A DNA stretch of 64,000 bases from the human T2T-CHM13v2.0 reference genome, Homo sapiens: assembly GCF_009914755.1 (NCBI RefSeq), contig NC_060935.1, one strand, 5' to 3'. Of the stretch, positions 29,580 to 44,685 are shown piece after piece. The stretch's first letter is position 1, and each line of letters begins with the position of its first letter. The notes beneath the pieces are model-generated. The model was given only the letters and a program-made list of their open reading frames with translations. It had not been told where the DNA came from and did not search any database. The position numbers and the translations under genes are program-made.

Positions 29580-29790
29580 CTGGCAATGTTACTGCAAATC
29601 TTGAGGCCTGCATTTGCCTTCTTCAGGCCTCAGTTTCCTCAAAAGTAAAATGGGGATAGTGTGATGCTACTGTCTGCATCCTAGAGCTGCCACGAGGGTT
29701 CAGTGAGATCACTGTTGAGAGCACGTTCACAGCGCCGGCCTTGTGCGCAGTCAGCACCCGTGGGGCAGGGCTGTTGCTGATACGTGGTTG
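29580..29790 (+). mobile_element. MIR
   Basis: gcctcagtttcctcaaaagtaaaatggggata core. Confidence 0.7.
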
Positions 29791-30299
29791 ACTGTCATTG
29801 CTAGACTGTGGCTTTACCAGGGGCATTGTCTTTAGTGCCGAGCCCAGAGCCACCCCTAGTACCTGCTGTGTTTATAGAGTGATTGAGTGTCAGGGTCAGA
29901 GACTGGGGCAATGGCAGCAGAAACAGAGGAAAGAAGTGGGGCTTCTAATAGGTCCTGAGCCAGTAGCCTTTGAGATGAAGCCTTCTTGCCAAGGTCTGGG
30001 GCTGTGCTGTGTGTTCTAGGCCCGAGACTGGAAGCTAGGCCTGGCTGCAGCCCCGACTGAGCTGGGGAAGTGCAGGTCAGCATCCTGCTTCATTAGGACA
30101 TCTCCAAGCCCAGCTTAGACGTGGATGCCAGGTGACCCTCTGTTTACTCTGAGCCCAGACAGAGGACAGGGAAGTGTGCAAGTGTGGGGACCCTCATCAC
30201 AGCCCTTGACTCTGTAAGGCATATGGGTTTGTGCACGTGTGTGAGCACGGCCATGGCTTCTCTGTGAGTTTCAAACTCGGGGTTGTGTTTATGCAGGGT

Positions 30300-30480
30300 T
30301 AGGCTTGCCAGGTAAAATACAGGAAGTCCAATTAAACCTGAGTTTCTCATTAACCTTTTTTTTTTTTTTTTTGGTGCAAATATATCCCATGCAATATTTG
30401 GGACCTGCTTACCCTAAAAAAATGATTTGTTGTTTATCTGAAATTCAAGTTTAACTGGCATCCTGTCTTTTCACTTGCTA
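30300..30480. mobile_element. MER53 palindromic hAT MITE
   Basis: taggcttgccaggtaaaatacagga...cccatgcaatatttggga...tttatctgaaattcaagtttaactgg. Confidence 0.8.
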
Positions 30481-31192
30481 CGTATGAGAGTTCCGTGTGG
30501 GGGTTATCAGTGTGCATTTGTGAGTTCCCATGTAAAGGACTGTCTCCAAGTGTCTATAGGTGCCAGGATGGAGATGGACAGAGAAGATCCTCTCGGGCTG
30601 CTTTAGTGGCACCTAGAGGCTGCGGGGTTGGACACTTCAGCCCCAGGGGCCTAGGCAGCACTGTCCAGCACCTGTGTGCTCCTGTCTTCTTCATGGGGGC
30701 TGACTTCCCTGCCATCTCTCTCCAAATACAGTGGCAAGAGCTATCCCATCCGCCCCCATCTGGAGCTCGGCTGCCCAGCCAGACAAGATGGCAAACAGTG
30801 TGCAGATGGCTGCAAAGCTTTCCCCAGCTCCTTCTGCAAGGGGCCTGCAGATGAAATGGAAGCCCTCATCCTCACCACCTCCCCCTTCCAGAAAACCCAG
30901 GCAACAGCCACCTCTGAATGCTGCTTTAGAAGCTTCTCCCTCCTGGTGATTAAACCACCCCAAACAAATAAGGCACTGCATTTCCACCATAGGCTTGTTC
31001 ACATGTGCGCAGCCAATTGTCTTGGATCCGCCTGTGTGCCTGATTCATCAGGGTGAGGGGTTCTCCTCTGAGGTGCTTGCAAAGAGCTGCTTGCAAAGAG
31101 TTGCCTAATTTTCATCTGAAAGACTCTCTGTAGAAACCAGGCCCAGCTTTGGAAGAAAGCCTTTTCTCCCCCTTTAGCAAATTCTGTGTCAT

Positions 31193-31496
<304 letters not shown>

Positions 31497-31809
31497 GGAA
31501 TTCTGTGTCATTCTGGATAATTATCATGACTTCAAGCATCTAGGACTCTGTCCTGGGTATCCTGAGCCTGAGGGTGTACGTGTGTCCAGCTGGCTTGGAG
31601 GTTGTCTACAGGCAGGTTGAACTTGGTCTCTGAGTCCGTGGCAGCCTCACATGGGAAATACCACCAAGGAGCCTCATCGTGTGCTTTTAGGAGATAGTTT
31701 CTATTTAGTCATTGCTGGATCTGTTACAGACAGGGTCTGTATTTCTTGCAAGTCCTGTATGAGGTCGGTGCTGTGATTATCCACATGTTCACTTGTTCTC
31801 CCTGGCCTC

Positions 31810-32315
31810 TTTCAGGCTCTTGCACTTCCTTTGCTCTTTTCCTGCCGCAGGGCCTTTGCATATCCTGCTCTTTCTACCTGGAAAGATTTTCCCTCTCCCT
31901 GCCTCTTCACCTGGTCACTGTCTCATCTGACAGTGGAGTCACTACATCCTCAGGGATGCCTGGCCACACTGACTCAGTCACAGCAACCCCCTGTTATCTG
32001 CTTTCATGACACCAGGTGCCTCTCTGTGGTAGACACTAGCTCAGCTACGGCTTCCTGTTTCTGTGCATGTCATCCTTCCCCTTCAAGACTGTGGTCACCG
32101 TGAGGGCCAGAGCCATGCCTGTTCCTGATTCTCATTTGTGTCTCTGGTGTTTTGTATATGCTTACCTAGAATTTGATTAATGAATGACGGCATACCCATT
32201 TTACAGATGAGAAAGTTGAGGCTCAAGAACATTGTGTAACTTGCTTGGTATTAGATAGTGATGGTTTGAAGCGATCTGGCTGGTCGCTGGGTGCACACTC
32301 TTAACCACTTCACTA
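31810..32315. mobile_element. L2 3' fragment followed by MIR
   Basis: agggcctttgcatatcctgctc...aatgaatga (L2); cccattttacagatgagaaagttgaggctc (MIR). Confidence 0.65.
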
Positions 32316-33349
32316 TGGTTCTTCTCTCATGGTAGCTCTCCAACAGCAGGAGTGAGAGACAACTTTAGGACAGGTGTAACCAGAATCCCAGGGGTTATCC
32401 TAGAAGGTGGTGTCAAGAACATGCTTGCCTATGGGCCTTCTTACTGTATTGCATAAAATATTCAGTTTTTCTGACTCGCCTTACTAAAGACCTTAGCAAT
32501 ATTTGAAGCACAGTTGTCTGTAGGAAAGGGTGGGTGTTTATACTTTTTTAAAACGGAGTCTATATCATATTTATCTTGTGGTCTGCCATGCCCCCCGCTC
32601 TTCTTCAGCTTCAGTTATGCAAAATTCACACTTCTCCTCTTGACTGCCTCTCTCTTACCTGTTCAGTTTCTTTTCTGTGTTCGAGATTGCTTAGAATTTT
32701 TCCCCACTACTACAGCCTGCTTCCCACCTGTATCCCTCAGCCAGCTTGTTCTGGATTTTGTCAACAAGAGTTCCAGCGTTTAGTGAGGGCTGGACTGAAG
32801 GAAAGCCTTGGAAAAGGCTGTGTGATGAAAGGTGAGATGCCTAATGTTCAGGCAGTCATCAGGGTTAATTCAAAGGCTGGAAGAAGGGCTGACCTGGAGG
32901 ACTGGAAATGTCTTTGAGCTGAAGGTCATGTGCAGGTGGAATGAAGAGGGTGAGCATTTGGGGTGAACTGCAAGTATTTGATAAGATCCTTGTCCCCATG
33001 GTTGGGGAAGTCTTGATAAGCATCCTCAATGTGATGGAAGGATCAAGGAACCCGTGGCTCTACCTGTCCAGCATGGCAGCAACATGACAAAGCCAAATTA
33101 TTGATTATTGGTTGTCCAGCTGTCATCACTCAACATCTTCTGTTAGTTATAGCTGTAATTTGCACTAGTTGTCAATGCCAGTTTTGACTTTCCTAGTCAA
33201 TAAAGTGTTCTGAGAGTGGTGACTAAGGCTGAGCACTACCCATAATCATGAGTATTACATAGGCAAGCCCCCTTGCCCACCCACGTGCAGGTGATGTTAC
33301 ACCCTAGGAAATCACTCAATTCTTTGGAGGACCCTGAATAAATGCTCAA

Positions 33350-33790
33350 GTCCATCTGTTCATCTGTCCGTCCATCCATCCATCATTCCTTCCATCCATC
33401 CATCCATCCATCCATCCAGACATGCATACATCCATCCACCCACCTACCCACCTATCCACCCACCACCCACCCATCTATCCATCCAACCCACTCTCTTATG
33501 CACCCAGCTATCATCCACCTACCCACCCACCAACCCATCTATCCATCCACTCACCCATGCATCTATCCACCCATTCACTCATCTACCCATCTATCCACCC
33601 ACCCGTGCATCCATTTATCTATCCCTCCACCCCCTCACCCACTCATCCATTTCTCCAACCACTCAGCCATCCCTTCACCGACTCAACCATCCATTCATTC
33701 ATCCACCTGCCCACCCACCCATCTTTCCGTCCACCCATCTATCCACCCACCCACCTATGTATCCATCCACTGCTTGTCCTTCTGTTCATT
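33350..33790. repeat. (TCCA/CCCA)n degenerate simple repeat
   Basis: About 440 bp of ccatccatcc/ccacccaccc units. Confidence 0.92.
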
Positions 33791-34692
33791 TATTCCACAA
33801 AGACTCATTAACCACCTACTAGATTCTGGGGAGGTATCTGCTCTAGTAATTGGGAACATGGTTTCTGGAATCTGATTCCCTGGGCTCAAATTGAGCTGCC
33901 TCCTAGCTAGCTGCTTGGGTAAGTTATAGAAACTGTGCTTTGATTTTCTTATCTGAAAATTGGCTATTAATAGCTTCTACTCTTGCAGATATAGTGAGGA
34001 TTAAATAAGATGTCACGTTAAAAGTGCATCATCGACACTTAATAGAGATTAGGTTTTACCATTCATTATTATTCTTGGCAGATGCTGCAGATAACGTGGA
34101 GAGCATACGAAAGGCACATGTTTGAACCAATAGTCACATACGGGTGCTAAGTTCTGCAGTAGGGGAAGGGCAGAGAGCCATGGAGAGAGCCTGGCCCAAT
34201 CCTGAAGCCTCAGAAAAAATTTCCCCGTTGAATTGCTGTTTTAGCTGAGACTTCTGGGATGGGTAGTAGTTGGAGATCCCAGACAGGAGGTGACCGAGTT
34301 AGCCAGGGAAAAATTGGGTCCTGGCACCCATGGCAGAGTTGAGTGATCCAGTCTTTCTGTCTCCACTGGCTGGAAGTCCATCAGATCTGGGAATGTCCAG
34401 TTGGGGGAGGGGGCTGACAATGTTCATGACCTTCACCTGTCCTCACATGTCCTCTGTGTATCTGCAAAGCCTCTGCCTCAGTCTCCTCTTTGGGAAAGTG
34501 GGATTAGAAACCACATCTGCTTCTCTCTCAGGACTGCTAGGAAGACAAGATTAGATGGCAGGTGAGAGCTCTTTGAAAATGCAAACATTCTGCTATTTGA
34601 ATGCAAAGTGTTCTTTTTTGCCTGTGATGTTTCCTAATCTGTGAAATCATACTGGACCTTGAAGCTGTCTATTAAAAAAAAAAATAGCAAAT

Positions 34693-35044
<352 letters not shown>

Positions 35045-35901
35045 TTATCAAAGATTGTTGTTGGATTTTACACACAGGGAAATCTAAGGAAGGTGTGGAA
35101 ACCAGACCAGGACTCTCGTCTCCCTGTTTACAGGGTCTTAAATGGGGGAGCCACTTTGGGTTCTTTCCACAAGATTGCTTTGTAAAAAAAAAAGAAGCAA
35201 ACAAACAAAAAACTCAAAAAAACAGCCCTGACCTAAATATTCACAAGGGACCTTAGGCAATATCTGCAAACAAAAGTGAGTGATGAGTGGAATCTGTCAT
35301 CTTTACAACTAAGACAGCTCCAGAGTTGAAGCAAGTGGAAATATCTCTAGAGACAGAGACTTGGGTGGGTTTTGCCAGTTACAAGCCATGAGAACCTGGG
35401 CAGGTTTACCTCTCTGAGCTTCTGTGACCTTGTAAAATAGGCTGCATTGCGCTAAACTTGCAGGAGGAATCCCAGCATCCTCCTGTGCACAAGGCTGGTT
35501 TCTTCCCATCCTTTTCCTTGTTCTGCCTCTCTCCTCCTCTCCAAGAGATGAATGCATTTGGACCCAGTAGGGGCCTACATTTGCAAAAGCTCTCAGGTGA
35601 TTCTCATGCAGCCAGCCTGGCTCTGGCAGTGAGTTCTTGGACACGTCTGGAGGCACATTTACTAGTGAGGAAGGTCACTGTGTGCTGAAGGCATGACTCA
35701 TCTTCCATTCCTTTCTTCCATGAAGCAAGGCGCATGGGTCGACTGAGCTGGGAGAGTCCACAGTGTCAGCCTCCCCCACGCTTCCCTCCCTCCTTATTCC
35801 TTGTGTGCTGTACTTTGTCTTGATTTCCTGTACTCTGCACCAAGCCAGGGTATGGTAAGATCTCAAAAAAATCATTTTTTTGGGAAATGGGATCAAGAGG
35901 G

Positions 35902-36205
35902 TTTTTGTTTGCTTGTTTGTTTGTTTGAGACAGGGTCTGTTGCCCAGGCTGGAGTGCAGTGGCTTGACCTTGGCTCACTGCAGCCTTGACCTTCTGGGCT
36001 CAGGTGATCCTCCCACCTCAGCCTCCTGAGTAGCTGGGACTGCAGGTGCACACCACCATGCCTGACTAATTTGTCTATTTTTTGTAGAGATGAGGTTTCA
36101 CCATGTTGCCTAGGCTGGTCTCAAACTCCTGGGCTCAAGCAGTCCTCCATCCACCTCGGCCTCCCAAAGTGCTGAGATTACAGGCATGAGCTGCTGTGCC
36201 TGGCC
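35902..36205 (-). mobile_element. AluJ
   Basis: cagccttgaccttctgggctcaggtgatcctccc diagnostics. Confidence 0.9.

Positions 36206-36209
<4 letters not shown>

Positions 36210-36248
<39 letters not shown>
36210..36248. repeat. T39 homopolymer
   Basis: Directly visible. Confidence 0.95.
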
Positions 36249-36251
<3 letters not shown>

Positions 36252-36679
36252 AAAACTTTTCAATAAACATAAAAGTAGAGAGACTAGTTTAATGAGCTAT
36301 CATATACCCATCACATAGATTTAAAAACTATTAACATTTGCAATATTTACTCCATTTGTTTTTCTGAAGTATTTACAAAATAGTTTACAGTAGTTATGTA
36401 ATTGCATCCTGATATTCACCCCTACGTAATTTACTTTCCCTCTAAAAACATGAGGGCATTTTTTATATGATCATTGTCATACCTAATAAAATTACCAGTA
36501 ATTCCTTAATATCCTGTAAGATCAAGTTTACATTCAGATGTCTTGTCCCCAAAATGTCAATTGTGATTATTTTTTTCTTTGAGCAAAGATAATAAGATCT
36601 CAAGATTTAATGACAGAGATTCCATGTTAGCCCTGATGTCTAAGCTCTGTGGTCCATTGTGGCTTTACTTGAAAGTCTC

Positions 36680-36989
<310 letters not shown>

Positions 36990-37974
36990 TCATAATAAAA
37001 GGACACTCCATTTCCCATCAGGCCCCTGCTCCTTAATGTTAGGCCCCTCCTGTGGGGAGGAGGGGGTGTCTTTCAGCGCAGGTTCAAACATTCCTAGGGC
37101 TGGCTCTGATCCCAATAAAGCCCATCGTCATGAATGAATGCTTCCCTTGCAGGTTATTCTAAGTATTGTAAATAGTGCACGTGGAGTGTCCTCATGATGA
37201 CTGGGATGGTAGTGAATATTTATAGGTTTCTTTTAGTGCCTTTTTTTTTAGTGTTTTCTATAGTTCCATGTTTCTACAACCCTTAGGAACATCAGAATCA
37301 TGTGTGTGGGGGTGCTTATTAAATAAACCAGTTCCTGGAGCTCACTCCCAGTGACTCCCAGTCTGATGTTTAGGGGCTCAGCTAGGACCTAGGTTTTCAA
37401 AAGCTCCCAGCTGATCTCATGCAGCCAGCCTGGCTCTGGCTCTGGCTCTGGGAGCTGGGTTGGGAACTAGTCTTTGGTGCTATTCTGCTGAAACTTCAAG
37501 TTGGGCTCTTTGACTCCGTCTTGTATTGTCACCACTTGTATTCAGGTCTGTTCTTCCCCTGGATTGTAAACTCCTTGATGTCTGGGTCATCTCAGCTCAT
37601 GAGCTGAGCTTTCAGTGGGTGCTCAGTGGAACAGGTGCTGAATGGAGTCAGGCTCTAGGGAGGCCAGCGTGTGTTGGTAAGTGAGAGACAAAAATCATTT
37701 TAAAAAGAATCTTTTAGCCCTTCAGTTGTGTTTGCCATGAGTTAATGTGATTTACTCTAGTGGAAGCCAGTGCAGCTCAAGTGGAGGTCTTGCCCTGAAA
37801 TGGAGCCAGGTTATGGATCAGCAGAGCTGCCAAAAGCATCTTGGGGGAAATGTTTCTGTGTCACCCTCAGTTGATTGAACTCAAGTTTTCACTCCCGTTT
37901 AACACCACGTGGGGGCCATTCTGACTTCTGCGGAGTGGGTTTGATGAGATCTTCTGTAAAAGTGTAAGTGAGGG

Positions 37975-38326
<352 letters not shown>

Positions 38327-38863
38327 TCATTTACTGAACAACAAAAATCATAGGATATCAATGCTGGAGGAAGAAGCATCATCCTCAGTTTCTACTAACT
38401 CAACCACGCATGAGATGGAGACTTGGTGTCCGAGAGAAAAGCTTCTTTTTAGGTCTTCAACCTTGATCAAACCATTTCTGAATTCCTCATACACATATAA
38501 TCAGGTGCCATGAGTGGTACTGATTGGATAATCTTTCTGTCGTTTCCTGTACTAGGAAGGAAAATACATGTACAGCCAACTTCCTTGAGTGTTGGTTCTT
38601 ATGCATCAGGGTGTCTCAAACTGCTGCCCTTAAAACACCTGTAAGAGAATCATCCAGGCGGCTTGCTCGCTCTGCATGCAGGCCCTTTAGAATTAGAGTC
38701 AGAATCCCTGGGGCTGGAGCCACTAAATGAAATGACATTTCAACGAGTTTGTCATCATGTGAGAGAGAATAGGTGAGTATTTGGATACCTATAATACAAA
38801 GTAGATTCAAAACGAATGACTTGATTATTTTAAATGTTATGTTTTTAAAAATTTAATACAGAA

Positions 38864-39130
38864 AAGCCTGGGTGCGGTGACTCACGCCTGTAATCTTAGC
38901 ACTTTGGGAGGCCAAGGCGGGTGGATCATTTGAGGTCAGGAGTTCAAGACCAGCCTGGCCAACAAGGTGAAACCCCATCTCTACTAAAAATATAAAAATT
39001 AGCCAGGCAGTAGTGGTGCGTGCCTGTAATCCTAGCTACGGGGGAGGCTGAGGCAGGAGAATTGCTTAAGCCTGGGAGGCAGAGATTTGGTGAGCTGAGA
39101 TCGTACCACTGCACTCCAATGTGGGTGACG
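38864..39130 (+). mobile_element. AluS lacking its 3' end and tail
   Basis: Ends at ...actccaatgtgggtgacg and abuts the RPS24 pseudogene. Confidence 0.88.
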
Positions 39131-39335
39131 ATTGTTTAACCACCACCAAAATGGGTTCTGAGTCCAACTATTAATATGAAGATGACATCCATTGTGGTCT
39201 TGTACATTTTGTTGCCTTTCCGGGGTGAAGGGCATTGGTGACCATTTGTTTCCTCTGGAGCGGTTGATTGGTCATGAACTTCCTGGTCCAGGTAGTTACT
39301 GTGTCATTCATGATGGTGGTTGATCCTCAGGTAGT
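39131..39335 (-). pseudogene. RPS24P: RPS24 processed pseudogene fragment
   Basis: Minus-strand ATG at 39311: [34 protein letters not shown] / [20 protein letters not shown], matching RPS24 residues 1 to about 68 without introns; internal deletion near 39210; 3' half missing. Confidence 0.88.
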
Positions 39336-39774
39336 TAGGGAGGAAAATAAATAAGAAGTTATATATTTAAAATCACGTTTCAATTTTAGACCTGATTAAT
39401 TGACTTAATAAAGGGCATTAGCACTTCTACTTCCTACATTCCCTCCCTTTACCTCTGGAAACTAGTTATTTCTAGGTTGTTTTATGTTGTTAAGGTTGAC
39501 CAACTTCTCTTTCTGTTCTGCAATCATAGTCCTATCACTAGCCTTTTGTCATGGTCATTCAATACACAAGTTGCTTATTTTTTAATCTCTTGGCTGACTA
39601 AATTTTATTATGAAGACTTTTTTTTTTAAAGATCTCAGAAATACTGTATTCTTTAAGTCCTTCAGCATGTGATAGTGTCTTTTGCCTATTTTGATTGGGA
39701 AATAATTTAGCTGGCTATAAAATTCTTGGATTATATTCTATTTCCCTTAGAAATTATAGGCACCCATCCACTGA

Positions 39775-40107
<333 letters not shown>

Positions 40108-40475
40108 TCATTGTGCTTTGTACTAACCCCGTTTCCCTGGCCTCTTCCAGCTTGTCTTCTTCTCTCCCAGTAGTTTCTTCATGAAGAGGCCATGTGCTAT
40201 ATTCCATGAGATATTTCACACTCAAAGAAGACTTCTTTTATACTATTTTGATAATTTGTCTGGGAATCACTCTCTTGATTTATAAGGGAGTTTGTAATAA
40301 ATACAGTAAAAGAGAAACACAACATATTTTGAGACATCAGAGAAGGGAGACACCAATTCTATTAATATTTGGGGTTAGCAGGGAAGGCTTAGTTAAGAGG
40401 TAACATTTGAACTAAGCCTTGAAATAAGGGAAGGATTTGGCCATGCAGTAATGGGGAGAGAGTAGAAGTAAGACA

Positions 40476-40933
40476 TGATGGTTAGTGTTATGTATCAATT
40501 TGACTGGGTTGTGGGCTGCCCAGATATTTGGCTACACATTATTCTGGGTGTGTCTCTGAGGTATTCTGGATGAGGATAACCCTTAATTGGTAGACTGAAT
40601 AAAGCAGATTGTCCTCCCCAAAGTGGGTGAGCCTCATCCAATCCACTGAAGGCCTGAACAAAACAAAAAGGTAGAGTCACAGAGAATTTGCTCTTTTTAC
40701 CTGATTATATTTGAGCTGGGACATCAATCTTCTCCTGACTTTAGATGTGGACTCGAGTTGGAACTATATCATTGGCTGTCCTGGGTCTCCAGCTTGCTGG
40801 CTGCAGACTCCAGGACTCCTTAGCCTTCATAACCATGTGAGCCATCCCTTACAACAAATCAGTCTGTCTCTCTCTATGTGTATAGCTCTACCTCTATCTC
40901 TCTGCTCTTTCTCTGGAGAACCTAGAGTAATAC
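40476..40933 (+). mobile_element. MLT2 (ERVL) solo LTR, MLT2D-like
   Basis: tgatggttagtgttatgtatcaatttgactggg...ctggagaacctagagtaataca. Confidence 0.8.
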
Positions 40934-41510
40934 ACAAGGTTATATTAGAGAAGAGGATGACCCAAGGGAAAGCATGGAGGCAGAAAAGTGCAAAGAGCAT
41001 TTGGGAAGACTGGGGTCCTGATGGGGAGTTTGGATTTCACTGTGTGTATCATGGAGAATTATTGAAAATATTCAAGAGGTGAAAATTGTATTCTTGGAAG
41101 AACACCAGGAGTATGTGAAAAGAAAAACACTCACTCCATTTTAACTCCATTGAAGGGGGCATCAAAGGAATGTGCTGGGGACATGGGTTGGAGCATAGTT
41201 GAGGCCATATCTGGAGGATCTTTACTTCTAGGCTGAGTCTGAAGTTATCTTTCTGGGGAGTGGGAGATTACAAATCTTTGAGCTCCACTCAAGAGATGGT
41301 TTTGCTAACAATGGCAGGGCGACGGTGGTGGTGGTGGTGGTGGGAAACTGGTATCATGAATTCTAATTGGGCTTCTGTTATCCTAGCTGAGAACGTTGGG
41401 GAATGGACTTTCAGTAGAATAATAGAGATCTGGGAATCAACTGCATGGAGGAGGTAGTTATAGGTGATGAGATGGCTCAGGGACAAAGTTTGGTAGAAGG
41501 AGAAAATTTA

Positions 41511-41590
41511 CTAGGCTGGTACAAAAATAATTGCTATTTTTGCCATTACTTTTAATGGTAAAATCCGCAATTACTTTTGCACCAACCTAA
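41511..41590. mobile_element. MADE1 (Hsmar1-derived MITE), full 80 bp
   Basis: CTAGGCTGGTACAAAAATAATTGC...GCAATTACTTTTGCACCAACCTAA inverted repeats; TA at 41509-10 and 41591-92. Confidence 0.93.
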
Positions 41591-43257
41591 TAGGGTGCAA
41601 ACTTCGGAGCCATCTGCATCAGAGGGATTGATGAAGATCAACAAAGTTTGGGAACACAGGAAAGGAGCGGGGAAGGTAATGACTTGAGGGTATAGCAGGG
41701 ATAATCAAGGTTTTTCTTGTTAGCATGTAGAGACTTAAGCATGATTCTATGTTAAACGCCTGGCACATACATGGTGCAAAATATTTATGAGTGAAAAGAC
41801 AAGTGAAGGTGGTGAGTCATGGGAGTTCCAAGGGAACGGGTGATAAAGGGAGGTCTCAAATGAGGCACAAGTGGAGAAGGTAGCTTGGGAAAGGAGAAGG
41901 ATGCTTCTCCTTATAAGATGGGAAAGGCAGAGGAAGAGGGTCAAGGTACAGTGATCTAGGGGTGAGATGGAAGTGAGTTGAGAGAACTCAACTCTGGGCT
42001 CTGAAACCCCTAGGGATGGGTTTGGGAGGCTTTGAGATATGTAAGAGGTTTAAAGTCAGTTGTTCTAGCAAATATGGTTTGGAATTTATTTGTGATGCTT
42101 AAAGATATTGCTGAACAGAAGTGAAGTCTATCCTAGAGTTGGATGGTGAGATTATTTAGTGGAACTACCAGATCCATGTTGTGATTCTTTCCAGTATCAT
42201 TCAGCAGCCCTTGGGCAGTTGCGAGGCAAGTCATCAATGGGGTATGGAGATTTTCCAGGTGGGTGTGGTTGAAGGCAGGGAAGAACGAGTTCAGGAGCAC
42301 ATTACAAGAAGAAGGTGACTGTAAGGTCCAGGCTGAGCAGGAAGGTAAAGCAAGAAGGAAACATGAGGTTGTGAAGAGAAGTTTAGAGGGATGAGGAGGC
42401 AGGAGAGGTGAACAGTTGCAGGATGTAGCTAGAGTGGCAATGTTAGATCTTGGGGCCAGAGAGTGTTACAATGATTATGAAGATCAAAGGGCATTAGAAT
42501 CAAGCTATAAAGAGCCACTGTTTGATGTTGGGATGTGAGGATGCTGCAGGTGGATGTCTGCACATTGATGGTGAGAACATGGTCACCCTGGCCCTGCTGG
42601 GTCTTTGCTAAAGAGACTGTGCTCTGTTCTTGGGGCCGTTTTCATCACCTGATTAGAGCAGTGGTCCCCAAATGGTGTTCTTTGGACCATCTGTATAAAA
42701 TGTTCATAGGTCAAGGATAAAATGGAAAAACAGAGAAAATGTCACAGAAATGTGCCCATTGGTGAAAGACCACCAGCTGTCCTTTTTGGAGGATTGTTCT
42801 TTATTCTAAAAATGTATATATTCTATTCTATTAAAACATTTTTGTATTTGCATTTTTTTCTCTTTTATGAAATGCCATGGGGTAGAAATTTGTAATGTAT
42901 CAAATTCTCCTGTCTTCATGCATTGCCCTGTGGTGGGGGAGGTGATGTGGCTAGTACTGGCCAAGAGGCTGGGGGCAGAGGTGCAGTGTGAGACTTCTAG
43001 CCTGGAGCATTTAATTCTTAGTACAAGGCTCCCTAGCATTCTTCTCCCGTTGTTCCCTGCTTGGTGATACTCGAGGTAATGCAGCCCCCATTAGCCTTAG
43101 TCTTAGAGCAAGTTTGATGGAAAACAGAGCACCCCACACCTCCCTGCAGATGTAGCATGAGTGAGAAAAACAACTACTGATGTTTGAAGTTACCAAGATT
43201 TAGGAGTTGTTTGTTATTGCAGCAAAACCTCACCTATTCTGACCAATCATGGTGGAA

Positions 43258-43261
<4 letters not shown>

Positions 43262-43311
<50 letters not shown>

Positions 43312-43313
43312 TG
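43262..43313. repeat. (TG)n microsatellite, about 26 units
   Basis: Directly visible. Confidence 0.95.
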
Positions 43314-44464
43314 AAACTGGTAGTTTAAAAAAGTTCCTTCTTACCAAAAAGAAAAAAAAGTAGCAACCTTATGTTGGTTCTCAAATTAATAAAATATTTT
43401 TACTGGTTTATAAAATAGAAAAATCTGAGAATCTGTAGCTTACAGAACTACAGTGTGGGATGTCTATAAAGACCAGGTTATTTTATCAGCTCCTAACACC
43501 CCTTAATAGAAGCTTAGCCAAGACTTGGACTATTTCAGTCTTTCCCATTCCACATTCCATGTACTCTTGAAGAGACATTGATGAAACGGTGCAGCCATGA
43601 ATCACCCTCACTCAATCCTAGTGGCAGAATCCCCCTTTTCTGCAGAATGAGCTTCTTGCTACAGTGATACTTGAACCCCTTCGATATATCCTGTACTAAT
43701 TATATTAAAACACGACCAATGCTTTTGCTTTGTTGTCCCCCAAATTAAACACCTTAATCATGAGAACCCAGAGAATTGGATTTAGTGTGACTGATTCCAA
43801 ACTGTCAGTAAGAACACAATTAGGTTATATTTTTCTCCAGTTCAAATAAAAGAAAAATGACAATAAAATGCTGATCAATATGTGTAGCTCAGGAGGTAGA
43901 GCCTGCTTTGAGATGCAGAAGTGTTTGTTTTTTTTAGATCTATATTCTTGAGTAAAGAAAAAATCCATCTCTTTTCCTAGAGGAGGAGACTTTCAGAGCT
44001 GGGCTTGGCAACAGCCTATCACAGGCTGAATTAAACAAATAGGTAACTCCCTTGAGTGAATGGTGCATTTCTCTTGTTCAGGGAACCATGCTTTTATGGT
44101 GGAGTTTGCTTTCTGTCTTGGTCTCCGGATGTGTGTATCTGTGGGTGGATGTCTGCATGTAAATGGCAGTGTATAGCTGTGTGGGTGTGTACAAAATTCC
44201 CATGTGAATCTCAGCTTTGTGGGGATCTCCGGGTCTTGAGCCCAGCAGATGCCAGTTGAAGAAAAATCACTTGAAAATGAGACAGAAAGAATGGAAACTA
44301 AATCCTAGCTCTAAAGGCACCAGGCTGATTAAAAACAAAACTCTGGATCTTCTTTGTTTTGGACTCTACCTACCTCCAAATGACATTTCTGTTTCCTATG
44401 AAATGATTAGAATGACAGAAATCCTGAGCACGAAAGAGCAGATACTGTGTGATTCTGTGTATGT

Positions 44465-44685
44465 CAGGGTGTCAGCTGTGACGCTGCTGACATTTCGGCT
44501 CAGCAATTTCTCTGTTCTATGTGTGGGGGTTCCCTGTGCATTTTAGGATGTTGAGCGGCATCCCTGGATCCCTGGACTCACTGGATGCAGTAACAGAACT
44601 CCCCCCAATTTCAGACAACCCCCAGTGTCTCCAGATATTGCCTAATGTCCCCAGGGGGCAAAATAGCCCCATCTGAGAACTGCTG
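44465..44685. mobile_element. MER20
   Basis: ccctgtgcattttaggatgttgagcggcatccctgg...gtgtctccagatattgcc...ggggcaaaatagcccc. Confidence 0.8.

Noticed and set aside
33342-33875. 177-aa His/Pro/Ser-rich ORF
   Set aside because: Translation of a (TCCA)n simple repeat.
36210-36248. Orphan T39 tract as a possible tail of an unrecognised retrocopy
   Set aside because: It lies at the 5' flank of the AluJ, where the T-rich target duplication (aggttttt) is expected. Slippage expansion is the simpler explanation, and no transcript-like sequence follows.
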